Shown piece by piece: positions 18,394-27,689 of a stretch of DNA of 64,000 nt (positions within the stretch are counted from its first letter, which is position 1; every line of letters starts with the position of its first letter). Position numbers and translations under genes: made by a program. The DNA comes from a candidate division WWE3 bacterium RIFCSPHIGHO2_02_FULL_38_14. GTDB taxonomy: Bacteria > Patescibacteriota > WWE3 > UBA101185 > UBA10185. The stretch covers positions 2,214-66,213 of the forward strand of contig MEVD01000014.1 in assembly GCA_001772865.1 (NCBI GenBank). Direction: 5' to 3'. The notes under the pieces were generated by a model. The model saw nothing but the letters and a program-made list of their open reading frames with translations. It searched no databases and had not been told where the DNA came from.

Positions 18394-19519
18394 CTGTATT
18401 TTCCTCCTTAATTACATTACTTTCGATCGTCTGAGTTAGCTGTTTATACATTAATACCCATGTTGATTGTTTAAATACGGCAAATACTGCTCCAAAAGCC
18501 GAGAACAAAACTATTATACCCACAAATACCAATCCGCCTATTAACAAAACTAAAAATATCAGCGAGGGAACTAAAGCTGCTCCCATCATTCCGAATATTA
18601 CAGCAAACACCAATGGTAATACTATGATTGCGGATAAACATGTGACCAAACATCCAATACAGCAATTAACTATTCCCAGAACAACAACATCTAAAATATA
18701 TTTTTTGGCTGTATTAAAACCGTCAATAAAGGCATCTTTCCATTTTTTACCGCCTAAAACCATAGAAACCTTGCCCAGCACTGCACCAGCGTAAATAAGC
18801 AGCATAAATATAAAACTTGCAATCAGCATTATAAAACCTATTAATCCAAGCAAAATCGTGAGGGGTGGAAGAGCAAAACTCAATGCTATGATTAAAATGG
18901 ATAAACCTATTGGAAATACTGCTAGCAGAGTTGAAAATATATTTAATTTAATCAATTCAACTGTGTGTGGCCGGCCTAAGTCCGACATTTCCTTTATACC
19001 AATATTAACACCTAGTGATGTGGATTCAATTCCTTTAATTAATGAACAGGATGCCCAGCTTTTTATATAAAGTCCCAGTACTACCATCAAAAACAAAAAC
19101 GATCCAAAAGCTAGCGCCAGAAGCATCCAATAATATTTAGGAACATTTGTAACTGCCAAAAGAGAGGCAATTTCCATTTGATTAGATAATTCATTCGAAA
19201 AGCTGCTTCCCCTAAAATCACTATCATCTAAAAACGGGTTTTTTTCATAATCATCGGAATATTTAGAGAGGTAATCATCTATTTCTCTTAATCTGGTTTC
19301 CTCATCGTTTGACATCGGAAATCCGGGAATATCATAAACACTATTGCTTATATTCTTAAATTCCTTCTCATCTTTTTTGGAAAAATCGGAAAAATCCGAA
19401 TTGGAAAAAAAGTTAAAACTTGATCCGCCTACTAATAAAATCCCGAACACCCACAACCATTTGTTTTTAAGAGTTATTTTATATGATTCTTTAAGAATTT
19501 GCCCTAAGTCAGACTTCAT
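18383..19519 (-). CDS. Polytopic membrane protein of unknown function
   Basis: Multiple long hydrophobic helices; overlaps the RDD gene start. Confidence 0.7.
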   Translation of the reverse strand: MKSDLGQILKESYKITLKNKWLWVFGILLVGGSSFNFFSNSDFSDFSKKDEKEFKNISNSVYDIPGFPMSNDEETRLREIDDYLSKYSDDYEKNPFLDDSDFRGSSFSNELSNQMEIASLLAVTNVPKYYWMLLALAFGSFLFLMVVLGLYIKSWASCSLIKGIESTSLGVNIGIKEMSDLGRPHTVELIKLNIFSTLLAVFPIGLSILIIALSFALPPLTILLGLIGFIMLIASFIFMLLIYAGAVLGKVSMVLGGKKWKDAFIDGFNTAKKYILDVVVLGIVNCCIGCLVTCLSAIIVLPLVFAVIFGMMGAALVPSLIFLVLLIGGLVFVGIIVLFSAFGAVFAVFKQSTWVLMYKQLTQTIESNVIKEENTDGK

Positions 19520-19548
19520 ATTTATAAATAGTATATTACTATCCTTGT

Positions 19549-20928
19549 CTAATTAATAACCTCATTAACCTTTTTAGACAATGCGCTTAGTTCATCGTTT
19601 AATTTTGAGTCTTCGTCTATAAATCTCCTGTCAGAGTCATCAAGCCATTGATGGTTCTCCATTTTGTTTACAATTCTTCTTACGCGTTCTGTTCTATAAT
19701 TAATTATTTCAATTACTCTATCTATATCTTTTTTATGTTCTCTGTAAAATTCTTCATAATCCTTTAATTCAATCCAACCGGGGCGTATATCCTGTAATCC
19801 TGCCAGCAGTTGCTTCCATGAATCAATTACATCTTTACCGTATTCGGGGGGAACATATCCCCCAAAATGAAGCACAATAATCTGAGTGGGACATCCCTCG
19901 ATTTCCCCTTCAAAAGAAGCAACACCGAAGTCGTCAAAATCCCCGTTTATAACAAACTTTTTCGACTCAGGAAATTCAAACAAATTTTCGATCAGTTCTT
20001 CAGCCTGATAATAACCTTGTACCGGAACTTCTCCCCATAAAACGTTTTCATATCCGGACTCGGACATAGCTGTCTTCAATGTATAACCGCTTTTTACCGC
20101 TTCACTTGAAAAATCATTGTACTTTAAAATATTGAATGCTCTTTTACTCGCAGAAGTTTCAAGCCTCGTGTCATATTTAAGATTTGAAAATCCGTTTTTT
20201 TCTCTTTCCACATTTAAAAGCTCTAAAAACTTTTTTCCGTCAAGTCTGATTTTAGATACTTCGCTTAGATCAAGAGAAGTATTTCTCCAATTTTTGTCTA
20301 AAGAACCCTTCTGCTCATTAATCGGTACAACATGGTCTATATCTTCCGCCTTTACAAAACCAATACCATGTCTGGAGTCCGAGCTTCCTTTCCTGTTATC
20401 TCCTAATACTATATAGCTGTCTTCAGGGATCTTAATCCCTTTACACTCTGTAATAAATTCTCCGCCGAAAGTAGAATGGGCTAAGTTGGTATATGGCTCT
20501 ACTAAAGGGTTGTTGTCTATGTACACCAATCCGTTTTTTATTAAAAACTCCTCGCCGGGAAGTCCGATTACACGCTTTATATACCCGGATTCATTTCCGT
20601 AAACTTCTTTGGTAATCTGTGCAACTTTATCGTTGCTAAACGATACTATATCGCCTCTTTGCATTTTGTAGCTTAGGTATTCATTAAACCCGAACTTTAT
20701 TCCCGACGGATATGCAGTCATATAGGCAAATCCTGCAATTTGATCTCCCAGATTCTTATCATCATTTCCATTGCCTTTTGGAAATGTCGGATACATAGAA
20801 CCTGTCCCTGCTACCGGAATTTTATTTTTAAGTGGCAAATTTATTTTTAGATACCCCGATACAAGATAATTGATGATTATTACAGGAATTACTATAAAAA
20901 AGAAGGTTTTTAAAAAAAACTTGCCCAT
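19549..20928 (-). CDS. Signal peptidase I (S26) fused to a CAP/SCP-like domain
   Basis: GSMYPT (catalytic Ser), YIKRVIGLPG (catalytic Lys), LGDNR..S.DSR; then L.LLN.ER...G...L.YD.RL..SA..RA (CAP-like). Confidence 0.8.
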   Translation of the reverse strand: MGKFFLKTFFFIVIPVIIINYLVSGYLKINLPLKNKIPVAGTGSMYPTFPKGNGNDDKNLGDQIAGFAYMTAYPSGIKFGFNEYLSYKMQRGDIVSFSNDKVAQITKEVYGNESGYIKRVIGLPGEEFLIKNGLVYIDNNPLVEPYTNLAHSTFGGEFITECKGIKIPEDSYIVLGDNRKGSSDSRHGIGFVKAEDIDHVVPINEQKGSLDKNWRNTSLDLSEVSKIRLDGKKFLELLNVEREKNGFSNLKYDTRLETSASKRAFNILKYNDFSSEAVKSGYTLKTAMSESGYENVLWGEVPVQGYYQAEELIENLFEFPESKKFVINGDFDDFGVASFEGEIEGCPTQIIVLHFGGYVPPEYGKDVIDSWKQLLAGLQDIRPGWIELKDYEEFYREHKKDIDRVIEIINYRTERVRRIVNKMENHQWLDDSDRRFIDEDSKLNDELSALSKKVNEVIN

Positions 20929-20970
20929 ATTCGGCTCCTTAGATAATATCGTAACTTAATGACGGCAATT

Positions 20971-23520
20971 CTACAATTTTGCTTTCTTTGATAACGATTC
21001 TAATTTAGCACCGGACGAGCGGCTATAAAACAGCACTTTAACTGTCTCCGTCACAGCAAAATAAACCATAACCAAACTTAATATTAAAATCAAATTCTCC
21101 GTTTTCGGGGCTTCGAATTTAAAGAAATTATTGCCGAAAACCGAGTAAGGTAAAATTAATGTTGTCATGACAGCAGGAATACTTAATAAAAGTATCATCT
21201 TTGAAGGAAACTTAGACTTTAAGAAAAATAGTTTTGTCCTTACAGAGAAAATAAATACCAATTCAGTAAGTACACTGCCTATAAACCAGCTTGTCTGCAG
21301 TATGCCCGGTCCTTTAGTTGAAAATACGGCAAAAAACAATAAATCAAACACTGTGCTAATTATACCTAAAAGAGAGGTAATTAAAGCAAATTCTTTTATA
21401 TCAAATTTTGGGGGTTTCTTAAGCTCTGCATCATCAACGTTATCGCTTGCAATTGAAATCATCGGAAAATCGCTCAGTAAATTTAACAAAAGCATCTGAA
21501 CAGGAAGCATCGGGAGATAATCAACAAATAGAGTAGCAATTGCTACAGCATAAAAATTTCCAAAATTCGATGCCAAAGTAGCTTTAATATATTTTTTGGT
21601 GTTGGCAAATACCTTTCTTCCTTCTTTAATACCGTCAATAATAACTTCCAAACTCTTTTTAAGTAAAATTACATCGGAAGATTCCCTGGCAATATCAGAT
21701 GCACCCTGTACAACAATTCCGACGTTTGCAACTTTTAACGCCGGCGCATCATTTATTCCTTCACCTAAAAATCCTACTAAATAATTGACTTGAAGTGCTT
21801 TAATAATTTTATATTTTTGCACGGGGGAAAGCCTGGCAAAAACATTATATTCATCACATTTTTTTATTAACTCATATTCATCCAGCTCATCTATTTCTGA
21901 ACCAAGTAATACTTTGGAAGAAGCATTTATAAGTTTAGTTCTAAAACCGACAGCGCCTGCTATTTCTCTGCTGTCTCCGGTTAATATTTTTATTTGAACT
22001 CCTAAATTTTCCGCATCTTCAATTGCTCGATAGGTTGATTTCTTTACCGGATCCTCAAAAGCTATTACTCCAATAAAAGTAAAATTATTCTTTTCATCGT
22101 CTTCACTATAATTTTGGGCATCCTCGAATTTTTTTGAAACCAAAGCCAAGGTTCTTCTGCCTTCTAATCCTTTTTCTTTAGTCCAATTTAATATATTCTG
22201 CGCTTCATCCGGTGCAATTTCACATGATTTACATAATTCTTCCGGAGCGCCGCGTAGTATCAACTCGTAATTCTCGTTTAATTTAACTAAAACACTGTTC
22301 TTTTTTCTTTCAGGATCAAACGGTATTTCATCTATTTTCTGCACTTTCTCAAGAATCTGCTTTTTTTCAGACGTTATTTTCTCCAATATTGCTAAATCAA
22401 AAGAATTATTAGAATCTTTGTGTTTTGCGTTCAAATTGCTCGCCATTCCGGCGTAAAATAATGTTTTGGTGTTATCCTGCCCGTAAAAGTGCGAAACCGT
22501 TAATTTGTTTTCAGTTAAAGTTCCCGTTTTATCTGTACACAGAATTTGAATGCCACCTAAATCTTCTATAGAAGCAAGTCTTTTAACTATAACTTTATTT
22601 TTCGCCAAATCCAGTGCACCTTTGGATAACGAAAAAACTGTTACAACCGGAAGCGCCTCTGGAATAACACTTACCGCTAAAGCAACCGAAAATATCAGCA
22701 GATCAGTAATTTGTGAAGTACCTTTAACGGCTATATTAACAACAAAGACTATAGCTAGCGTAACCACTACAATTTTTAAAATAAAACGGCTTAACTTTGA
22801 AGTTTCCTGATCAAAAACAGACTCTCTAAAAGTTTCATCGGAAAGTTTTGCGATATTTCCCATTTCCGTATTTTTACCTGTTGATATTACAAGGGCTTCC
22901 GCCCTTCCCGAAGAAACTTTTGTACCGGAAAACCCTAAATTCCTCGCTTCGAAAATTCCTTCAATGCTTCCACTTATTGGTAGTGAGTTTTTCTTAACAC
23001 TAATTGATTCACCGCTTAACACAGATTCATCAACTGTAAAATCGTGGTCATTTACTATTTTTATATCCGCCGGTATAATTTCTCCGGCCTCCAATAATAT
23101 TAAGTCCCCGGGAACCAGGTTCTCACTAAATTCTTCCACTAATTTTCCATTTCTTTTGATTTTTGATTTTGAAACTACATATTTCTTCAAAAGCTCTACA
23201 GCCTTTTCCGACCTGTATTCCTGATAAAAACCCAGAATTGCATCAAGTAGCACGAAGACAAATATTATAATTGAGTCAAGTTTTTCGCCTAATATATAAG
23301 ATAATGCCGCTGCTGCAAGCAATAGATAAACAAAAGACGATTTAAACTGCCTTACCAAAATGTGCCACCATTCAAGTTTATTACCTTCATATGCATTCTT
23401 TCCGTATTGTTGAAGTCGAATTTCTACTTCCAAACTTGTCAAACCGGAATTGAGGTCGGTTTTTAATTCAGTCACCGCTTGGGTTGGTGACAAGGAAATG
23501 AACTTATTATTATAAGCCAT
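20971..23520 (-). CDS. mgtA: P-type cation-transporting ATPase, MgtA-like
   Basis: LSGES, PEALP, CTDKTGTLT, IPFDPERK, LTGD, GEGINDAP, SNFGN motifs. Confidence 0.8.
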   Translation of the reverse strand: MAYNNKFISLSPTQAVTELKTDLNSGLTSLEVEIRLQQYGKNAYEGNKLEWWHILVRQFKSSFVYLLLAAAALSYILGEKLDSIIIFVFVLLDAILGFYQEYRSEKAVELLKKYVVSKSKIKRNGKLVEEFSENLVPGDLILLEAGEIIPADIKIVNDHDFTVDESVLSGESISVKKNSLPISGSIEGIFEARNLGFSGTKVSSGRAEALVISTGKNTEMGNIAKLSDETFRESVFDQETSKLSRFILKIVVVTLAIVFVVNIAVKGTSQITDLLIFSVALAVSVIPEALPVVTVFSLSKGALDLAKNKVIVKRLASIEDLGGIQILCTDKTGTLTENKLTVSHFYGQDNTKTLFYAGMASNLNAKHKDSNNSFDLAILEKITSEKKQILEKVQKIDEIPFDPERKKNSVLVKLNENYELILRGAPEELCKSCEIAPDEAQNILNWTKEKGLEGRRTLALVSKKFEDAQNYSEDDEKNNFTFIGVIAFEDPVKKSTYRAIEDAENLGVQIKILTGDSREIAGAVGFRTKLINASSKVLLGSEIDELDEYELIKKCDEYNVFARLSPVQKYKIIKALQVNYLVGFLGEGINDAPALKVANVGIVVQGASDIARESSDVILLKKSLEVIIDGIKEGRKVFANTKKYIKATLASNFGNFYAVAIATLFVDYLPMLPVQMLLLNLLSDFPMISIASDNVDDAELKKPPKFDIKEFALITSLLGIISTVFDLLFFAVFSTKGPGILQTSWFIGSVLTELVFIFSVRTKLFFLKSKFPSKMILLLSIPAVMTTLILPYSVFGNNFFKFEAPKTENLILILSLVMVYFAVTETVKVLFYSRSSGAKLESLSKKAKL

Positions 23521-23654
23521 AAATTAATTATGAATTAGTATTTAATAAAGGCAAGTATCATACAGATTATAAAACCGGGCATTTTTATATATCAAATAGC
23601 AATTTTTTTACATAATAATAGTAATACGACCGCATTTCTGGTTAAATTATTAGT

Positions 23655-24341
23655 ATGAAAAAGGTCATTTCATATTTAGCGGCGTTACTTATATTTTTAA
23701 CCATCGGTTTTGGAGTTTATTTGAATATTAATGAAAAGCTTTCTATAGACAGAACTAAAATCCCCGAAAAAGTTGAGACTAGCAAAGGATTTCAAAAATG
23801 GATTACTAATGCCAAAAACAAAGGATTTGAAATTGAAGCCGATGAATTCAACTTAATAGAAGAAAATGAGGTTTATAACACTAAATGGATAAAAATATAT
23901 TCTCTTGACGAACCCGGAAATAAAGAAATACTGGATAAAACCCTTCAGGAGCACCAGGATATTAAAAAAGTAGTTTTTTCCCCAAATGACAGGGAATTCA
24001 TAGATTACAGAACAGAAGACCGCAACGGACTCGCTCCAAATGAAGCACGATTGTACGGACAAAGAGAAGACAAAATACTGGACGCCAGAATTTTAGACTG
24101 CTCAATAAAGGCGAACTGCTATTTTGACAGAGCTTACTTTTTAGATAATGACGTTTTTGTGATTTCAGAAATTTCCAGAACAATAGACAAAAAAGACGAA
24201 ACAGCCATTGACTGCCTGCCGGAAGACGAATGCCAGTATTCGTTTAAACTGCATGTGATAGATTTGATAAATAATAAAAGGTTTGTTTACGAATCAACTT
24301 CTTTTAGTGTTGTTTTGAGTGTGGTTCTACCGGAGTTATAA
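23655..24341 (+). CDS. Hypothetical membrane-anchored protein
   Basis: 228-aa ORF with N-terminal TM segment and four Cys. Confidence 0.7.
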   Translation: MKKVISYLAALLIFLTIGFGVYLNINEKLSIDRTKIPEKVETSKGFQKWITNAKNKGFEIEADEFNLIEENEVYNTKWIKIYSLDEPGNKEILDKTLQEHQDIKKVVFSPNDREFIDYRTEDRNGLAPNEARLYGQREDKILDARILDCSIKANCYFDRAYFLDNDVFVISEISRTIDKKDETAIDCLPEDECQYSFKLHVIDLINNKRFVYESTSFSVVLSVVLPEL

Positions 24342-24407
24342 ATTCAGAACCTTATTACTTTATTACCAGAATTTCAATTGATAGAAAATTAAATATCTGA
24401 ATTATGA

Positions 24408-24440
24408 AGCTTGCGGCTAGGTGGGGGATAGCCGCAAGCT
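24408..24440. terminator. Strong hairpin between convergent genes
   Basis: AGCTTGCGGCTA / TAGCCGCAAGCT perfect 12-bp stem with 9-nt loop; no long U-tract. Confidence 0.55.
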
Positions 24441-24459
24441 ATACTGTCTTGGTCGTTCA

Positions 24460-24879
24460 CTAAATTGGAGCGGGAAGGAGGTGCGCAGGTCCTTCTTTAG
24501 CAATTGGTAAGCGTTTGTAATACAACCTACCGTTGCATTGTTTTATAGAGATATGACCATACCCCAGAAGGAAAACACCACTTGTATGACTCACTTCCAC
24601 ATCTACAGGTGTACCCCCTTCTTTAGGAATAGCCATTTGACCGTTGCCCAAGGGTACTTCTCTATCTGGTAAACTCAACCACACTTCCATTGTTGAGACA
24701 CCAGCACGCAAATAGACAGAGTACACCCCCCACTCTTCGTACGCCTCAATCAATGCAACTTCGTCCTCGACAGGCTCCCACCCATCCCCCCAGCAAGTGG
24801 GACCTGCTGGAACCCCGTTGCACGCTGCAAGAAGCAGGCAGCAGAAAACTAACCATATCAGTAGCTTGGAACGAAACAT
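24460..24879 (-). CDS. Putative lipoprotein
   Basis: MFRSK, hydrophobic stretch, then LLAAC lipobox-like motif. Confidence 0.55.
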   Translation of the reverse strand: MFRSKLLIWLVFCCLLLAACNGVPAGPTCWGDGWEPVEDEVALIEAYEEWGVYSVYLRAGVSTMEVWLSLPDREVPLGNGQMAIPKEGGTPVDVEVSHTSGVFLLGYGHISIKQCNGRLYYKRLPIAKEGPAHLLPAPI

Positions 24880-24997
24880 GTTTCTCTCACTTTCATGTTA
24901 TAGGATAACTAGGATTATACATATTTATACATTAAGAAACAACGATTATAGGTTAATTCGGTTAGTAGAATCCCAATATGATAAAATCAAGCAATAC

Positions 24998-25074
24998 CGG
25001 GGCATGGCGCAGTTGGCTAGCGCGCATGGTTTGGGACCATGAGGTCAGAGGTTCAAGTCCTCTTGCCCCGACCA
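24998..25074 (+). tRNA. tRNA-Pro(TGG)
   Basis: CGGGGCA/TGCCCCG acceptor stem, CATGG-TTTGGGA-CCATG anticodon arm, CCA. Confidence 0.95.
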
Positions 25075-25100
25075 ATAAACTTAGTTGTTGCATCCAAAAT

Positions 25101-25490
25101 ATGAAATTTTATATAGCTTCTAGGTTAAAAAACAAACAATTAGTTAAAGAAATACACGATAAGTTGGAAAGAAACGGACATGAGATTATATCTACCTGGA
25201 TAAGAGAAAAAAATATTATGCCGTACGAAATGTACGAAAAAGCAGCAAAAGAAAGAGCAATCCAATGTATAAAAGAAATCGGCAAATGTGATATTTTTAT
25301 ACTGATAACGGATAGTGAGGGTGCAGGTATGTATACAGAATTAGGAGTCGCAATACAGTCAATAAATATAAAAAACACACCAAAAATATATGTAATAGGA
25401 AACCATTTAACACGTTCAATGTTCTTCTTTTATCCGAATGTCAAAAGATTTAAAACTTTTGATGGGGTTTTGGAGGATATAAATAATTAA
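25101..25490 (+). CDS. Nucleoside 2-deoxyribosyltransferase-like protein
   Basis: Likely start MKFYIAS (the ORF-track start lies upstream of the tRNA and reads through it); CDIFILI...GAGMYTELGVA motif. Confidence 0.7.
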   Translation: MKFYIASRLKNKQLVKEIHDKLERNGHEIISTWIREKNIMPYEMYEKAAKERAIQCIKEIGKCDIFILITDSEGAGMYTELGVAIQSINIKNTPKIYVIGNHLTRSMFFFYPNVKRFKTFDGVLEDINN

Positions 25491-25534
25491 ATGCATCATA
25501 AACCGCAGTTTATAAATATAATGTACAAAATACA

Positions 25535-26290
25535 ATGAAAATAATTCACAGACCGAAATTTAAACATGAAGCAAGTATACTTCCTATAGAATTAAATTCA
25601 GAAGTTGAAAGAATTCTCAAATTAAATGTTTTACCAAGGAATCACTTTTGGACCGGAACCATGTCGGGAATTGCAAATTTTAAATTTCTATTTTCTGAAA
25701 AAGCAAGCTATTCTAATCCTTTTAATATTGTTCAAACAGATAAATATGTGGCTAGTTCAGATGATAGTAGATATTTTTATTATATTTATCAGACTTCTCC
25801 AATAGAAGAGAATGCATTAACATACCTAATTTCACCATACCGCGACCTGATATCTTCAAAAGCTGATCAAATTGCTAAGTGGGGAACTTATAGCCCAAAT
25901 GTGTATAAACTTAATTCTCTGAAAGAAATGTTGCCTATATATCCGGGATTTGAAAAATCATTTACACAGCTGTCTTTAACTAATATCCAAGGTATATTTA
26001 AGAATCCGAAGGAAGATCTATTTACACATGAAAATTATTTCTGCACCCATAGACTTGCTTCTTTTATGCTAAGGGAAGTATATGATTTTAAAACAAAAGA
26101 TGGACAAATATTAAGCTTTAAACTTTTTACACATCATCACTTTCACTTAAGAAAATATATTTTAGAAATTATGCCTAAAGATGAAAAAGGTGGGCTAAAG
26201 TATTTTGACGATTTGCGATATAGTGAATCTAATGACTCTTGGTATGCCAATTATCACAAAATGAACGGACCTTTTTCCACAAACATATAA
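25535..26290 (+). CDS. Hypothetical protein
   Basis: 251-aa AT-rich ORF, no recognised motif. Confidence 0.55.
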   Translation: MKIIHRPKFKHEASILPIELNSEVERILKLNVLPRNHFWTGTMSGIANFKFLFSEKASYSNPFNIVQTDKYVASSDDSRYFYYIYQTSPIEENALTYLISPYRDLISSKADQIAKWGTYSPNVYKLNSLKEMLPIYPGFEKSFTQLSLTNIQGIFKNPKEDLFTHENYFCTHRLASFMLREVYDFKTKDGQILSFKLFTHHHFHLRKYILEIMPKDEKGGLKYFDDLRYSESNDSWYANYHKMNGPFSTNI

Positions 26291-26306
26291 AGGTCTCAAC
26301 AGTTAT

Positions 26307-26984
26307 TTAGCTTTTCAAATAAGCCACAACAGGAGACTGGCCATAAGGGTTTTCAACAACTTTTTCAAATTTCAATCCTAATCTTTGCAGCTGGTTAATT
26401 TTTTTCATATTTTCCGAATTTTCTTTGCAGTAAAAACCGAGTATTAATCGGCCATTCGGATTTAACCGTGTCTGCTTTAACCACCCGACTGGAGTAAGGG
26501 AATCTATAGTATTAAATTCCCAGTTATCCCAGACATTCCAGTAAATATAATCAAAATTTGTTGGAAAACAATAATTGGAAAATATTTCAATATGTTTTAT
26601 TAAAGGCCAGTGACACAAACCGAAAGGAATTAATTGACCTGTTGAATAAAGCTCATTCAATGGAAGATGAAGGAAATTGTTTTTATATTCAGGAAAAAGA
26701 ACCTTGCAGTCTTTTATATGTTCCAAATCTGAATCAATTCCATAAGGTATCAGGTTTACTTTAGTCCATTCTTTTAGACACAAAAGTAAAAAACCGTTGG
26801 CACACCCAATATCAAGAAATGTTCCCCCCTGATCAATCGCATCTGCTATAAAAGAACGGTGTTTAAACCAAATCTCAAAAGTGCTATTCCGAAAGTGACA
26901 ACCTTCGAGAAGTGAGCTGATTTTTGGGCTGTCATTCAATAAGTCATTAAAGTATTTAGAGTAATTAGTATTAATTACTGACAT
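26307..26984 (-). CDS. Class I SAM-dependent methyltransferase
   Basis: FLDIGCANGFLL, YGIDSD, FDYIY, LNPNGRLILG. Confidence 0.8.
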   Translation of the reverse strand: MSVINTNYSKYFNDLLNDSPKISSLLEGCHFRNSTFEIWFKHRSFIADAIDQGGTFLDIGCANGFLLLCLKEWTKVNLIPYGIDSDLEHIKDCKVLFPEYKNNFLHLPLNELYSTGQLIPFGLCHWPLIKHIEIFSNYCFPTNFDYIYWNVWDNWEFNTIDSLTPVGWLKQTRLNPNGRLILGFYCKENSENMKKINQLQRLGLKFEKVVENPYGQSPVVAYLKS

Positions 26985-27014
26985 TACTTTCTTTCATTAA
27001 AATAACGGAAAGTA

Positions 27015-27170
27015 TCAAAATACATACCCCGTCAATCCAATTAAAGGCACCGGAATACCGGCAAAAGTGGACACTTCACCTTTAGTTACGGCATAGCAAT
27101 TTATAGTTTCGCTAATATCGCACGGTTGAAATTCAGGTCTTACAATAAAACCATAAAGCAGGTAAAATTT
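27015..27170 (-). pseudogene. Vitamin K epoxide reductase (VKOR)-family remnant
   Basis: Minus frame reads YLLYGFIVRPEFQPCDISETINCYAVTKGEVSTFAGIPVPLIGLTGYVF*, resembling the VKOR C-x7-C loop and F.GIP...G helix; no nearby in-frame ATG, stops early. Confidence 0.65.
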
Positions 27171-27208
27171 TGTTAATTCCAGCTTTATAAAACTATTTTG
27201 TAGAAATT

Positions 27209-27583
27209 TTACAAGTAAGACTGAATCTTATTAACCATCTGCTCTAAAGAAACATCTGTCTTGATGATAAAGTCTATAACACCCATATCCGTACATCTTT
27301 TCTTATCTGCAGGATCATCCCTTACCGTAACAACTATAACAGGAAGCTGACTTGTATTGCTATCGGCTTTTAATGCCTCCAAAAACTTGAATCCGTCCAA
27401 GCGGGGGAGCAACAAATCCAAAACTATCAGATCAGGTCTGAAATGCTTTAATTTTTCTAAAGCTTCCAAACCATCGTAGGCAAATTCCACTTTATACCCT
27501 AAATTAGTCAGCCTAACCCAATATGCAGTGGTTAGGTCGTGTTCATCCTCAATTACTAATATTTTCTTGGCTATCTTTTCCAT
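27209..27583 (-). CDS. Single-domain response regulator (REC)
   Basis: KILVIEDE, PDLIVLDLLLP..DG, FIIK. Confidence 0.92.
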   Translation of the reverse strand: MEKIAKKILVIEDEHDLTTAYWVRLTNLGYKVEFAYDGLEALEKLKHFRPDLIVLDLLLPRLDGFKFLEALKADSNTSQLPVIVVTVRDDPADKKRCTDMGVIDFIIKTDVSLEQMVNKIQSYL

Positions 27584-27689
27584 ATATTACTAAGATTATA
27601 CTACTACACGTCCAATTTCCTCTACAATTTTGTGTACAACAGCCTCATCAATTATACACAAACACCAGCCGGAAATGTATACTTTACTA

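Noticed and set aside
24797-25100. ORFs reading through tRNA-Pro (and 5958..6350 across tRNA-Arg)
   Set aside because: They overlap bona fide tRNA genes; the real NDT-like start is 25101.
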